Positions 11,844 through 23,329 are shown, numbered from the whole stretch's first letter. The stretch is 62,850 nucleotides of DNA, filler included, from Choristocarpus tenellus KU-1152 (GCA_964200185.2; 10 parts of 10 records of this genome joined end to end with filler, not necessarily neighbours in it); one strand, 5' to 3'. Numbers and translations: made by a program. The notes: generated from the sequence alone by a model not told the origin.

Positions 11844-14800
11844 TTTTTCTCTTTTTTCCCCCCCCCCCCCCACCCCCCTCCCCCAACGGCCCCTTGCACT
11901 GTTGTTTGAATCTTACCCCAAAGCCCTCATTGACCCCTTCTGCGGCAATCCCTGCCACAAGCACACCAGTAAAACGATTGAGTCCGTACAAGGTGATGTT
12001 GAGCTTACACCCCTGATGGTACTCCGTGGTCTTCACACTTTTGCCAGAGTTCTCAAGGAATGTCACGGATATTGAAAAGCCTTGTGATGAAGCCTGCCAT
12101 CAGGTTCAAAGGAGTTAAGAGTCAGTCCCACCCATACCCATCAAATGAAATTTTCTGTGTTGAAGATGCGTCACTGCCAGAGGGAACATGAGCGTAAGGA
12201 GTTACATACAACCATCAGGCACAAAGCATCAAGAGTCAGTCTCACGCATACCCATCAAATGAAATTGCCATGTTGAAGGTGGGTCACTCTCCGAGGGAAC
12301 ATAGGGGTAAGGAATTGCATGTGAGGGCATAGAACACTCAGATTCTAAGATACTATGGCAAGTACCATAAAATACAAAGAAATTCAATGTATTTACAGCC
12401 CTGTTCACGTGTAGCTGGGCAAGTGTGGCACAGGTCACCCAGTCATAGTGCAAGTTCTCCACTATACAAGGGGACAAATTGTATGCCATGGATGGATCTG
12501 TAGAGATTATGTTGCTGGGGCTATTTCCCTAGTAGAAGAGAGTCTGAGTCAAAGTATCTTAGAGGGTAAAGTCGCGTCCATTTGGGGGCTAAAATCCAAC
12601 TTTGTGATTTTGATGAAATTTTGACTATCGTGTTTGTTAGGAAGTGTCAATACGCTTGTTCTAGACACAGCTTTATACACCGTACACATTTTACCTATTC
12701 CGAAAATTTTCAGAGTAGGAATATGTCATAATATACCCTGAGGGAAGACAAGCCCCCAAATGGACAGACAAGGCAAAACTCGTACCCTCTAAGATAATTT
12801 CACTCTCTGCTCCACAACCTAAGGCTGGCAAGATATTTGCAGTTCTCCACTTTTAAGGGGTGGAGACCATACAGCACAATCTCAACTATCGTAAAATATA
12901 CTCCTGATCATCTACTGCACTGTCTTGGTCCAATCTCCTACCTGGTCAGGAAACGGTTTATTCAAGGTCTGCTTCAGCACTGTCTGTGGCACCTTCAGCT
13001 TCTCTTTAAATTCCTGCAAGATGCCAACCGTCACGGATTAGAGTTGGAGAGTTGGAGCTAGGCTGTAAAGAAGGAAATACTTGGCAACTACAACCTGAAG
13101 AAAACTTCAAAGCTTCACCTCTCCCCTCTAAAGCACCATTACTTGCTACCACATATAATGAAGCAGCAATTCTGTTGACATCGTCCAGCAGGGAAAAAAA
13201 CCCTGTGGAAGACTCCCTACCCTGTATACAGTGTATCGTGCGCAATGCATGCTTTACAGGAAAATTTCACATATTGAAAAGATAGCACCGGCTCCCACTA
13301 TCACCAGTACAAGCAAAATGAATTCATTCCTATTCAATTGTGAGTGCCATCAATCCTCCCACTTGACCGAAATTTAGGGCTATCACTGTAACTTCCCGAT
13401 GTGGAAAAGAACAAGCCCTGACCTCCACGGTTTGTGATCCTAATTCACCCCTTGTGGCACCGCTCTTTACTCACTTTCTCTCCCTCACTCTCATCACTGC
13501 TCTCTCTCCGCTCTGGTTCTTCCTGCCGGCAAAGGAAGTACTCACCAGGATTTTCTGTCATTCTTATCCGTTTAACCAAACCTGATCGGCTCCACCTTAC
13601 CCGCATTCCCAGGGGCTCAGGGAGTCGGTTATAAAGAGGCATGCCAGATAGCCATAGCTTGATTGAACGCTCTCCCTGACCACTGCAACTGACCAGGTAT
13701 CGACCTGAGGGAGAGAAACATATGGCTGTGACTGGGGCTCTGTGTCCTGAGTACACAAAGGTCATACAGCCCTTTCAACATCCGAAGCAAGGGGCAGGGG
13801 AAGGGTAGATGCTGGTCAACTAGACTTCAAATGATTTTCTCAATAGCAAAGCCTTCATCCCCTGATGCTGCAAATCATCTTACGTTTCACCCCTTACCAT
13901 CAAAGTGGGATTTCCAGGTAATAGTTTCCTGCATGTACTTGATTACCACTGCCCAACCTGTGACGCTTGATCAATAGCTCATTTACTAGCTCACTTCAAG
14001 GACATCCCAAGTGCGAATGTTGCCGTCAGCAGAGCAGGTTGCAAGATGGTCTCCTGCAGAGTTGAATTGACAGCAGTAGACCACTCCGTTGTGCCCACAC
14101 AGGATGAATCTGTTTAAGAGCACATGACCAAGGACTGGATCTTAGACGCTTAAATGCCCAAAGATATTGAGCTCTAGTGTTGTGAATATTTGAGAGCCAG
14201 AGAACTGGTAGGCACATTCATTTAAGCTGAATACAAGGAGAAAGACCAAATCAGGCCTCCTTGCTCAGAATAATAGGAGCCTCCTTGTTGCAAAATTTAA
14301 CATACATTTTTTGGGGTGATTCTCTTATTAGTATGATATTGTCAATTCCCAGAGTAGGATCAACACCAATAATGAACATGCACCCCTTCCCACTAAAGCA
14401 GCTTGCCTTGGCCTGTGCTTATTGAATCTCAAGTCCCACACCCTAACAGTAGAATCTGTTGATATGGAGGCCAGCATGTGCTCTCGACTTGGTCGCTGTC
14501 CTGAAGTGTACTTTTTCCCAACCTCACCCATGACCTTTTCCACGCTTTCTGAGATCTCCTCTTCCTCTTCCTTCGTAACACCCTCAAATCGAGGGTTGAA
14601 TGCCACATCCTGCACAGGGGCAGTATGCCCCAGAAGCTCCTGTATACAGATCCAACTCTGTGTTGCAATAGGTCTCTCCTTCCTCGGTACAATCTGAGCA
14701 CGACTTTGCAGAGTGGGTTGAGATATCTGAGCAGTCAAGGTAGGCATAGTCATCTCCCACACTCGAACAAGGCAGTCATCTCCACCAGTTGCCATCCATC

Positions 14801-16082
14801 TGCCACATGGGGAGAGTTCCATGGCATAAACTGGCGAGGCGTGGGCTTGGAGAGTGGTAGAGAGAGCTGGGCTGGGACGCCACTTGTGATTGCTGACGAC
14901 TGCTCCTCCTTCAAAGGTCAAACCCTCCTCCTCAGCAACCTTCCGCCGCAACTCTTCCTGCCTTGCCAATTCTGCGGCACTTCCCCTGTTCTCATCGTAC
15001 TGGGGAGGGGATGTTTGCAAGGGAACTGACAATGCTTGGTACTTCTCTTTGAACGTCTGAGGCACCACTTTGAGGGGGGAGTAGAATTGCGACCTTTGCA
15101 AGCAAACCCGACTCTACTCGCAAGGTCATCTAAGCCACTGGGGACAACCGTCCTAGAGGAAGAGATACACGCCGGGGTTCTTAGACGTCTCTCTTTACTT
15201 GCCTCGGCAATCAATCGCAAGTAGTTGCGAACATTCAACTCGTATGAATCCCAGCTCCTTCGTTCCTCTGACACCATACGCTGAGTCTCTAAGCGTTCCC
15301 TCTCCATCACTTGTGCTTCTTTCTTGGCCTCTTCTCGTTTCTGCTGCTCTTGTTCTCTGTCTGCTTTCCGTCCCTTGTAGAGCTGAGATCACATTTGACA
15401 ATGAACGGGAGGGTACCAGTAGAGTGAACGTATCTTAGAGGGTACAAGTTTTTCCCTGTTTGTGTCCATTTGGGGTTGGCTTCCCATGGGTTATTTTATG
15501 ACATTTTCCTACTCCAAAATGTTTAGGAGTAGGTAAAGTGTGTATGTTATGAAAAGGCGTGTTCGAAACAAGGATATCGACACTTCCTAGCAAACGCGAT
15601 AGCTAAAATTACATCAAAATCGCAACATCGGATTTTGGTCCCCAAATGGACGCGGCTCTACCCTCTAAGATATTTTGTCTCTGTATCTTAATCCGTCGTG
15701 TAGTGTCACCATGTCAGTCTCAAGCTCAATACATCCAGGGGTGACGAGCAAAGGCATGCTGTGCGCTGTCCCTACGTCCTCTCATAATGACACATACCTT
15801 GACCGGGTTCAGGATTCGGCTTATAGCTTTTCTGGACTTAATCTTGGTAATTTTCCTCTTGCGTTGTTCCAGTACCTGGTCCTCTTTGGACATCAAAGAA
15901 TCCTTCAAGCCCTCCTCCACAGATTTGTATCCCGTGTTGCTGGTATGACCATTAACTCTTTCCCGTCTATTCGACCCGTCAATAACAACACCATAATCTT
16001 TACTTGCAAAAGTCACTGTTTGTGATGGTACAGAATTGTCTCCCCTCTGCGGAGGCTCGTGGTCCATTGCTCGAATCTCCAT
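8181..16082 (-). CDS. Large multi-exon WD40-repeat protein with candidate Reeler-like domain and charged low-complexity/coiled-coil regions
   Basis: Phase-consistent exons 16082(or further upstream)-15798, 15382-15203, 14999-14407, 14109-13995, 13771-13475, 12093-11917, 10728-10545, 10229-10032, 9437-8890, 8539-8444, 8276-8181; more exons are possible near 13220 and 13014-12943. WD repeats: AHASPVYAMELSPCGRWMATGGDDCLVRVWE, GHTAPVQDVAFNP..LASISTDSTVRVWD, GHNGVVYCCQFNSAGDHLATCSADGNIRTWD, GHRAPVTAICFSPSGRYLVSCSGQGERSIKLW. The WD40 part is secure; both ends and the 13475-12093 link are less certain. Confidence 0.7.
11363..11622 (+). mobile_element. MITE family A, full copy (260 bp), TSD AGA
   Basis: TIRs GAGTGAAAGTATCTTAGAGGGTA ... 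TACCCTCTAAGATACTTTGGCTC, flanked by aga/aga; intronic. Confidence 0.9.
11794..11884. repeat. Poly-C homopolymer tracts (~50 C plus shorter runs)
   Basis: Seen directly; intronic. Confidence 0.9.
12097..12320. repeat. Diverged tandem duplication, ~114-bp period
   Basis: ccatcagg..aagagtcagtc.cac.catacccatcaaatgaaatt...gagggaacat...gtaagga at 12097 and 12212. Confidence 0.8.
12546..12805 (-). mobile_element. MITE family A, full copy (260 bp), TSD TCT
   Basis: GAGTCAAAGTATCTTAGAGGGTA ... TACCCTCTAAGATAATTTCACTC, flanked by tct/tct; opposite orientation to 11363. Confidence 0.9.
15422..15681 (+). mobile_element. MITE family A, full copy
   Basis: Same TIRs and internal sequence; TSD not preserved; intronic. 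Confidence 0.88.
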
Positions 16083-16194
16083 CCTGAGTCTACTACTGCC
16101 TTCTCCCACCCATCCACCTTTTTCAAAAGATATGAAAAAATATATATATCATCGGTTTCAAAATACCATCAAAAAAATACTTTCATATGTGAAT

Positions 16195-16260
16195 AGTTTT
16201 TCCTTGGTTTTCCCTGATACATCTGAAAAAGTTAGAGGGGATAACAATATAATAATATTT
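16195..16260 (+). mobile_element. Family D retroposon 3' end, diverged
   Basis: ttggttttccctgatacatctgaaaaagttagaggggataacaatataataat resembles 19645-19700. Confidence 0.55.
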
Positions 16261-16327
16261 TTCACGTTTGTGACAACTGCTACTTCTCCAGGGATTTTGA
16301 GACATGTGAATTGTTTTCATTAGTCAA

Positions 16328-16633
16328 TATTTTGTTTTGCTCACGAATTCTGGATTATTATTATTCTATTCTACATTTGTATTTCTCCCTATTCCCTTTT
16401 CTCCCCATATTCTAACAACACTTGAGACCAACCAGTGCGACCGCTTCGCCACTGATTTCCAGTCACCCCCATATCTGATGACCAACCAGGGTGAACCCCC
16501 CTTTGCCCCTGATTTCCAGTCACCCCCACATCTGATGACCAACCAGGGCGAACCCCCTTTGCCCCTGATTTCCAGTCATCCCTACATCTGATGACCAACC
16601 AGGGCCCTTTGCCCCTGATTTCCAGTCAACCCA
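16328..16633 (+). repeat. Dispersed repeat family C, left part with 56-57-bp tandem units
   Basis: ttttgctcacgaattctggattattatt followed by ~4 units of tgatgaccaaccagggtgaacccccctttgcccctgatttccagtcacccccacatc; homologous to 30310 and 59450; cut by contig end. Confidence 0.85.
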
Positions 16634-16733
16634 NNNNNNNNNNNNNNNNNNNNNNNNNNNNNNNNNNNNNNNNNNNNTTAATTAATTAANNNNNNNNNNN
16701 NNNNNNNNNNNNNNNNNNNNNNNNNNNNNNNNN
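16634..16733. other. Artificial contig spacer
   Basis: N44-TTAATTAATTAA-N44. Confidence 0.98.
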
Positions 16734-17454
16734 GAAACAGCATGGGAGGGGGTGGGCACGCTAATAATAAAAAACTCCTGGACACCTTTCCACAACGTTG
16801 GAGGGGGTATTGGAACATAGTTGTCAAGAGACTATTGCAATCTGACCAAATCACTTGTTGAACGTCATTCTATCATTCCAGCTAAGCAAGGCCTGAAAAT
16901 ATAATGTTTTGACAAACCCTTGAATTTTCGGAAAAAATTCTACGCAACGAGCACCAATCATTTCAGAGGATGCAGGACCGTACTGACCAGAATGCAGAGT
17001 GATTGCTAACATGCCATTTAGAGAATAAAAGTGGTAAACCTTCTTCTCCAGATCCTGTGATCACCAGACCAGTCAAGATCTCTGAAGTGGAATATCTAAA
17101 ACGACTCCCTTCTTAAGTTGGTTGTGGGTGTAAGACATCGCTACTCTGTTCAACAGGTCTTACTTGATCAAAGCAACTTCCCCGAGCTTGAAGTTCAACA
17201 GATCCTGAAGCCATTCAGGCGGCACAGCGTTTGTTCTCACGCATTCATTCGCGTGGTGCACAATGAATGCTGAAACATCAATTGCCAAACTGAGCCTGTG
17301 AAATGGACATGTCACAACTAGTGGAACTTGGAGGAGAGACCAAGGATTGCCCTGAAAAAGGACAGGCGATTATCACCGTCACCCGAGCTGACACAATGCT
17401 CAAAGGTCGACGACAAAGTTCCTGTCTGATGACAACAATCTGGGGAAGATGGGG

Positions 17455-17793
17455 GGAAACTCGTCTACAGTTCACATTTCTTGCATTTTTAGATGATGTG
17501 GATGAGTGACTCGGCGAATTGGGATCATGGTTGGTTGAGGAGTGAGTAAAAGTATCTTAGAGGGTACGATTTTTTCCTTGTTTGTCCATTTGGGGCTTGG
17601 CTTCCAACGGGTTTTTTATGACATTTAATCTACACCAAAACATTTTAGACTAGGTAAAATGGATACATTATGAAAAGGTGTGTACAGAACAAGGGGAGTC
17701 CATTGGAAACTCGTCTACGGTTCGCGTTTCTTGCGTTGTTAGACAATGTGGACGAGTGACTCGACGAATCGGAATCGTGGTTGGTTGAGGAGT
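17455..17793. repeat. 89-bp direct duplication (17455-17543 / 17705-17793) flanking a truncated MITE
   Basis: Ungapped hand alignment, 12 mismatches. Confidence 0.9.
17544..17695 (+). mobile_element. MITE family A, truncated (left part)
   Basis: GAGTAAAAGTATCTTAGAGGGTACG plus family internal sequence; second TIR absent. Confidence 0.85.
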
Positions 17794-18399
17794 CCATGCC
17801 CTCTGTTGACTCGTTTTCTTCAACTTTCTCATCTGCTTCTTCTCTTGATTCTTCGAGGTGTTCGCTCAAATCTTGTTCATGACGTTTTCTTCTCGATCTT
17901 GCATGTGGCATCTTTGCTCAGTGGTCAAACAAAAATTACCCATCACCATATCTCTGAGTTCACTAGTGTCAATAATATGAATCGTGTGATTCTGTGGAAG
18001 CGCAGTTCATTCAGGCAAAGGTGGTGAAGAGAATCATCGGGCAAGACGGACCAGACAGATGAAGACGAACTGCAACCCAAGAGGACAAGGTTATGGTTGG
18101 ACAAGTGCAAGACTGAAAGGATTTGTAGGAAAAAGTGAAGAACTGAGGAAGTGGCGAGGATCACGATTCGGATGGACTTGAGAAAATAAACATTTCAGAG
18201 ATGGGAGATCTGCCTTCGGAAAAACATACTCCTAAAGAGACATTACGGGAAGACACGAACATCTGTCACTCTGAATATCTGCCATATAGTTGAACCGAAG
18301 TTCTCAGAACACAAACTCGATCGGTACAGTGGTATATGGGATATGACAATAACGGTATAACAATAGACAAACCTGCTTTCCACACATTCATCATATATA

Positions 18400-19040
18400 T
18401 TATTATATTATTATGCCCTCTGACATTTTGCAGAGGTGTCAGGGGAAAAGCCAATTCAATATCATTAGAACACTTGAAAAGTATCAGTTGTCGTAAATGT
18501 AAAAGATATCTTTCAATCATCGATTTACTATTTTACTGCCAGCTATGTGACACCACTCCCCTCCTATGCTTCCAACCTAGCTTAGCCCTACACAACAGGG
18601 CGAGGAGCTAGGGAACCATCCCAAGAATCTGATGGACCCTCCTTGCCCATCACCCTGGTGTCTCCACCTTAAAACGCATGACATATCTTGATAGAGCCAC
18701 TCGCACAGTGACAGACTCTATCTGTCGTAAACGGGATTTGACATCTCCTTTCCTACTGTAACCTCATGCCTCTCTCCCCCCTACTGCGTGCCCAACTAAC
18801 TCATCCAGAAAACCTTCTGCTTGTTACCAAGGTGTCCAAAACTTTCTACCACGAAGGTGTTGAGGCAAATGTAACATCTAGGAGGAGGCCTTTATTCCGA
18901 TAGGGACCTGATCCGGTACCCACAAGTGCCCCCACATGGAAGACCAGATCCATGCGGAAATTCCTGTCCACTGTAAATGGGCTACCATCCTCCATATTGC
19001 AAGGGATGACAATTCCTTTGCAGAGTTGACTCAGACCCTA
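18400..19040 (-). mobile_element. Degenerate CRE/R2-type non-LTR retrotransposon 3' part (restriction-like endonuclease domain, 3' stem-loop, TAA tail)
   Basis: EDGSPFTVDRNFRMDLVFHVGAL...YRNKGLLLDVTFA...VVESFGHLG..AEGFLDELVGHAVGG...RLRQIESVTVRVALSR resembles the REL-endonuclease C-terminus of brown-algal CRE-like LINEs (RMD..LLDV, VESFGRLG). It ends in a family D hairpin and taataat at ~18450-18400. Confidence 0.75.
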
Positions 19041-19357
19041 TCCGTATATAGTGCTGCTGATACACTATAGACCATTCAGTGGAGTAGATGATAGGATGGA
19101 GAGTCAGTGATAGATATACCATATGTATTGTCTCACTAGCGTCCATTGATTTGTATCATGTTCTAGATACGCTTGCTATACTGAAGGCAGGTAAATAAGT
19201 GATTCATAGCAAGCTAGTGTGGACGACTGCAAACCCCACACTATAGGAATAGTAATGGGTGCCACCAATTGTAAGCCTCACAAGTTCAGTCAGTGGAATC
19301 GCGACCACAAGCCCCTTATAGAACTAATGTTGTGCATTCACACCAAGCTAGTTATTG

Positions 19358-19464
19358 GAGCCAAAGTATCTTAGAGGGTACAGCCACGTCCATTTGGGGG
19401 CCAAGTTCCAAAGTTGTGATTTCGATTTAGTTTTGAATATCTTGTTTCTTGGGAAGTGCCAATA
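19358..19464 (-). mobile_element. MITE family A, truncated by contig end
   Basis: GAGCCAAAGTATCTTAGAGGGTACAGCCACGTCCATTTGGGGG. Confidence 0.85.
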
Positions 19465-19564
19465 NNNNNNNNNNNNNNNNNNNNNNNNNNNNNNNNNNNN
19501 NNNNNNNNTTAATTAATTAANNNNNNNNNNNNNNNNNNNNNNNNNNNNNNNNNNNNNNNNNNNN
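19465..19564. other. Artificial contig spacer
   Basis: N44-TTAATTAATTAA-N44. Confidence 0.98.
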
Positions 19565-19700
19565 CACTTACAATGTTTTATAGTGTCCTTGCGTTTAGGA
19601 TATTTTATTTCTTTAGGGCTAATAATGACATATATATAGTTTTCATTGGTTTCCCCCCTGACACATCTGCAAAATGTCAGAAGGCATAATAATAAAATAT
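19565..19700 (+). mobile_element. Family D retroposon 3' end
   Basis: ccctgacacatctgcaaaatgtcagaaggcataataataaaat; ~120 bp shared with 5140-5265. Confidence 0.65.
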
Positions 19701-20234
19701 GTAGATCATCCCACGTACATTATGAATCATGACAACACTAACATTCACTTGTTGCATCCTCCACTCTTTTTTCCACAGGTTGGTCAAGGTTTCCAGATAT
19801 GCTTCCATGGAGAGGTAGCACATACATAACATAGAGCTTAGTTAGTCTAAGTGGATGAGAAGTTTCTACACGCATCAGTGGAGAAAGAATGTATACTAAC
19901 ATCCATCCAAGCTCCCCGTCCTCCTCAAAGTAAACCCACCCTTCTTTCTTTGAAGTAAGGCTGGTCCGAACACAACTTTTACCCCTACACACCATGATTC
20001 CTCTATTTATTCTTCTATTTTATTGAAGGAAAAACTGTTAGAATAGACTCTTCCAACTCTATGGAAGAAATGTAGAAAGAAAATGAGGAATCAGAGTATA
20101 CAGTTATTGGTTGGTAAATCATAACCTCTCACTTACAAATATCATTTAACTTTCTATTATTTATTTTAGAGTTCATGAGTGTACACTTAGATACAACGGA
20201 ATTTGTTTGAGTCCATCTTGATCATGTCTAGATA

Positions 20235-21400
20235 TTGAGAAGGGTTCTACCGCTTCCTGCTACTGCTCGAAATGAGCATAGACGACTCCATGAGTCCTTG
20301 TCCACAACAGTCGAGTTAGTAACCTTAGGGATACATGGTATTGGAGTTGGTGGTGGGCACAATCCCGCTGTTGTCTACAGGACTCGACCTCCGCCTGGGC
20401 GTATACTGGTCGAAGACCTAGGTCATCGGTCAGGGGTGAAGGGTACCAAGAGCGGGCAGTGAAACTTTCCTGTTGTGCAGATGAATCTTCCTAGCTCGGA
20501 CAACAGCATCGAACGTTCCACGATCATAAGAGGATTCTCGAATATTGGCAATATAGAGCATGATACATGAGAAAAGCTGGAGCGATTTCGCTCCAGCTGG
20601 GGTGGTAGGGGTGACACTTGATAGTGATCCACGGAAAGTCGTTATTTCTAACCAGCTGACCCTTACAGAAGATGATGGAGATGATCGAGATGGACCTGCA
20701 GCTGTGACCAAACCTGCGTTAGATCGACCTAGAGGAACCACCACACTTGTTCGTGATAGGGCGTGCCCATTGATAGGATCTACCAAGGTTCTTGCTTGCG
20801 AAGCGAGAACAATCACTACACCTGCCAGCAACGGGTACAGGACATCAGCATGAGCAGTAGCCAAGCCTCCTACATATGAGGGGGGAGAAACAGATATGTC
20901 TGAGGTGCTTGCCGCGATGGCACACCTTCAGGACCCCTCACTTGCCTGTGGAAGGACCAGAGTCGAGCCTACAACTCCCAAAACAGAATGAGCCAAGTGG
21001 GCAACCCCTGTAGTGGGAGACCTTCTTATTCCGGAGGTGCTTGCCTTGTTGCAGACTTCGATGTCCCTGCGCTCATCTGCGAAAGCGCTAGACCTAAGCC
21101 TTCTGTTCCCGAGAGAGAAAGAGCAAAGCAACACAATAGGGTGGGGCGTTGCTTTTTCCAAGGTGCTTGTCACGATTGCAGACCTTGATTACTCTCGCCT
21201 GGAAAGAACCTTGGTGAGGCAGGTGGTCGGCTAGGACTGCCCCCACAAGACTGGCGAGACTGGGAGTGGAGCTTCACAAACCTTCTCAAGGGAGGGGAAA
21301 CCGTGACATGTTGCCATAGATAAAATTTCTCATTCAAACCCCTTGTGCCCCCATGCAATGCCTGGCCTAGTACAGGGTCAAGAAGGAGGTACAAGAATCA
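20235..21400 (-). pseudogene. Decayed Ser/Pro-rich coding-like stretch, probable TE relic
   Basis: Chain of same-strand ORF fragments (21394, 21173, 20864) with stops and frameshifts; unrecognised. Confidence 0.25.
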
Positions 21401-21805
21401 TCCTCAAGATGTTTATTCATTGGCCACTAGGCGTGAGCTTAATTTGGCGTGGAGCTTCCCATGCCAAAGCAGGGGAGGGGTGCTGCATTGATCGGGGTTT
21501 GGGTGACCAGTAGCAGCTTTGAGCTTTTATCGTTGGAGCATACTCGACCTATTGAAGCTGGATGAACCTGTGCATGCTGGAGGAATACAACCTTGATGAC
21601 AAATATGCATTGCAATTTGGTTTTGGTGGACGTTTTATTCCTTTTAGCATGAGTGGCTGATAGCATTCACGAATGGTGTCTTTCTGATGGGAGAGACTCG
21701 TTGAACCACTGTTTTTACCAGATAATGTGTTGTACAGAGTGTAGAGATTTCTCTTGCATTGGCGAATTTCTATGCCCCCCTTTCTTCGCTTGATTTTGCT
21801 GAGAC

Positions 21806-21978
21806 TGTTTGTTAGGAAGTGTCAGTATCCTTGTTCCGGACACACTAATCCATAACGTACACATTTTACCTACTCCGAAACATTTTGGAGTGGAAAAATG
21901 TCATAAAAAACCCACGGGAAGCCAGGCCCCAAATGGACAAACAGGGAAAATCTCGTTCCCTCTAAGATACTTCCACTC
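21806..21978 (-). mobile_element. MITE family A, partial copy almost identical to 23415-23587
   Basis: 173 bp with one mismatch, sharing private variants ctcgTTccc and gatacttCca. Confidence 0.9.
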
Positions 21979-22068
21979 TAAACTGGTCACTCTCTTACAT
22001 TGTCACAAAACATTCTAGTGTTCATCATTGCTACTCTACATGACACGGACTATTCTTTGACGATAACC

Positions 22069-22311
22069 TCTGTCCAACGTGTATCCCATGTATTGTTTTC
22101 CTGTTTTAAGACAGCTTTGACATATACTACCATCTCCAGATTCAATTTCATGTCCAAGTTGAGTGTGAACTCTCCTTGAACTAGAATGACTTCTGTCCAA
22201 CATGCATTCCATGCATTGTTTTCCTGTTTTAAGATGACTTTGATATATATTACCATCTCCAGGTTTAATTTCATGTCCAAGTTGAGTGTGAACTCTCCTT
22301 GAACTAGAATG
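22069..22311. repeat. 123-bp tandem duplication (frame-preserving, 41 codons)
   Basis: tctgtccaac...gtgaactctccttgaactagaatg at 22069-22188 and 22192-22311. Confidence 0.9.
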
Positions 22312-23329
22312 GGGTAGGAACCATGAGCAAGTGTTCACCCCAGAAAATGTATTAAAATATAAACTTTTATCTGATTGGAGAACGAGGTGCTCAAGGCTCA
22401 ACAAAATTCGCCCTCAACAAATAAAAGTGATTCTACCGCTGTAAATCTTGGATGGGTGTTCTGCACGTCCAAGATTATAAAACAACGCAGAATAGGAGGG
22501 GTAAGGAAATACTCAAAACACTTCAGATCAAATTCCCAACGTTTACACACTTTCTCTTTTTGGAATGGCCCCCCATTCTTCACGTACGTCTGCATCTATC
22601 CCTTAATCATGAACCAGTGTGCTTCTCTACAAACTACACCCATGTTCATTTCTTTCAACACCAATCCTAAAATCCAAAAGCTACGATATTCTGGTTGTGT
22701 CAAGATCCATCCGTTGAATGCACAGTAAAGGAGGAAAACAGGACCATTTTATCGTTCCACAATTGTCTTCACAAATTCTACACCAGTAAATGGCAGGTTT
22801 GACACAATGCACTAGGTGCACGCTATTCTGGACCCCTTGACAAACTAGATGGCTTACGTTCATTGTGGCCGAGTATTAGCCCAATTAAGTGAGGTTGCAC
22901 GTTCATCCATCAGTATTATTATAAAATCATCATGTCCGGTGTTCTAAACGCCAACATGTGTGTGCGAGACACTTGGCAGTGGGGCAGACCACGTCACAGT
23001 GAAATGCCCATCTAAAATGCTGAATTCACTCAAACATGTTACAGAAGTTACTAATCACTGATGACCAACAGCACCACAGTCTTCCAGTCCCTACCCGGTA
23101 CAAGGTATTCATGACACACGAGATGCACAGTCGAAATTGACTGCTAAAACGTGACTGACATTGAGTTGTCGTTTGTGACGATACAAATTCTTCCATGCGC
23201 TGGCACGACAGGGTCTACAGCCTTTCACTAGTTGCAATATCAACTTCGAGCTCTAGGGTCCAACCACTTTTTACTCCATGCTTTAGCAGTCCACCAAGCC
23301 AACCAAATGTGGAAAAGATGTCCATACCC

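Larger units (their letters stand above)
16740..17911 (-). pseudogene. Decayed ORF, possibly a retroelement ORF1/gag, interrupted by a MITE
   Basis: MPHARSRRKRHEQDLSEHLEES... then AIDVSAFIVHHANECVRTNAVPPEWLQDLLNFKLGEVALIK*DLLNR... with sparse stops; family not recognised. Confidence 0.3.

Noticed and set aside
11599-12075. Poly-Gly/poly-Pro ORFs (also 39596-39844 and 51432-52045)
   Set aside because: Translations of homopolymer runs; only 12093-11917 behaves as an exon.
16431-16633. Tandem hammerhead ribozymes (CTGATGA in each 56-57-bp unit)
   Set aside because: The downstream box reads GAAC or GACC rather than GAAA, and stem II cannot close properly; the catalytic core is not satisfied.
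21809-22018. Duplicated small ORF MLGSVSILVPDT... (also 23418-23600)
   Set aside because: Chance frame through MITE sequence starting at TTG; not conserved in other copies.
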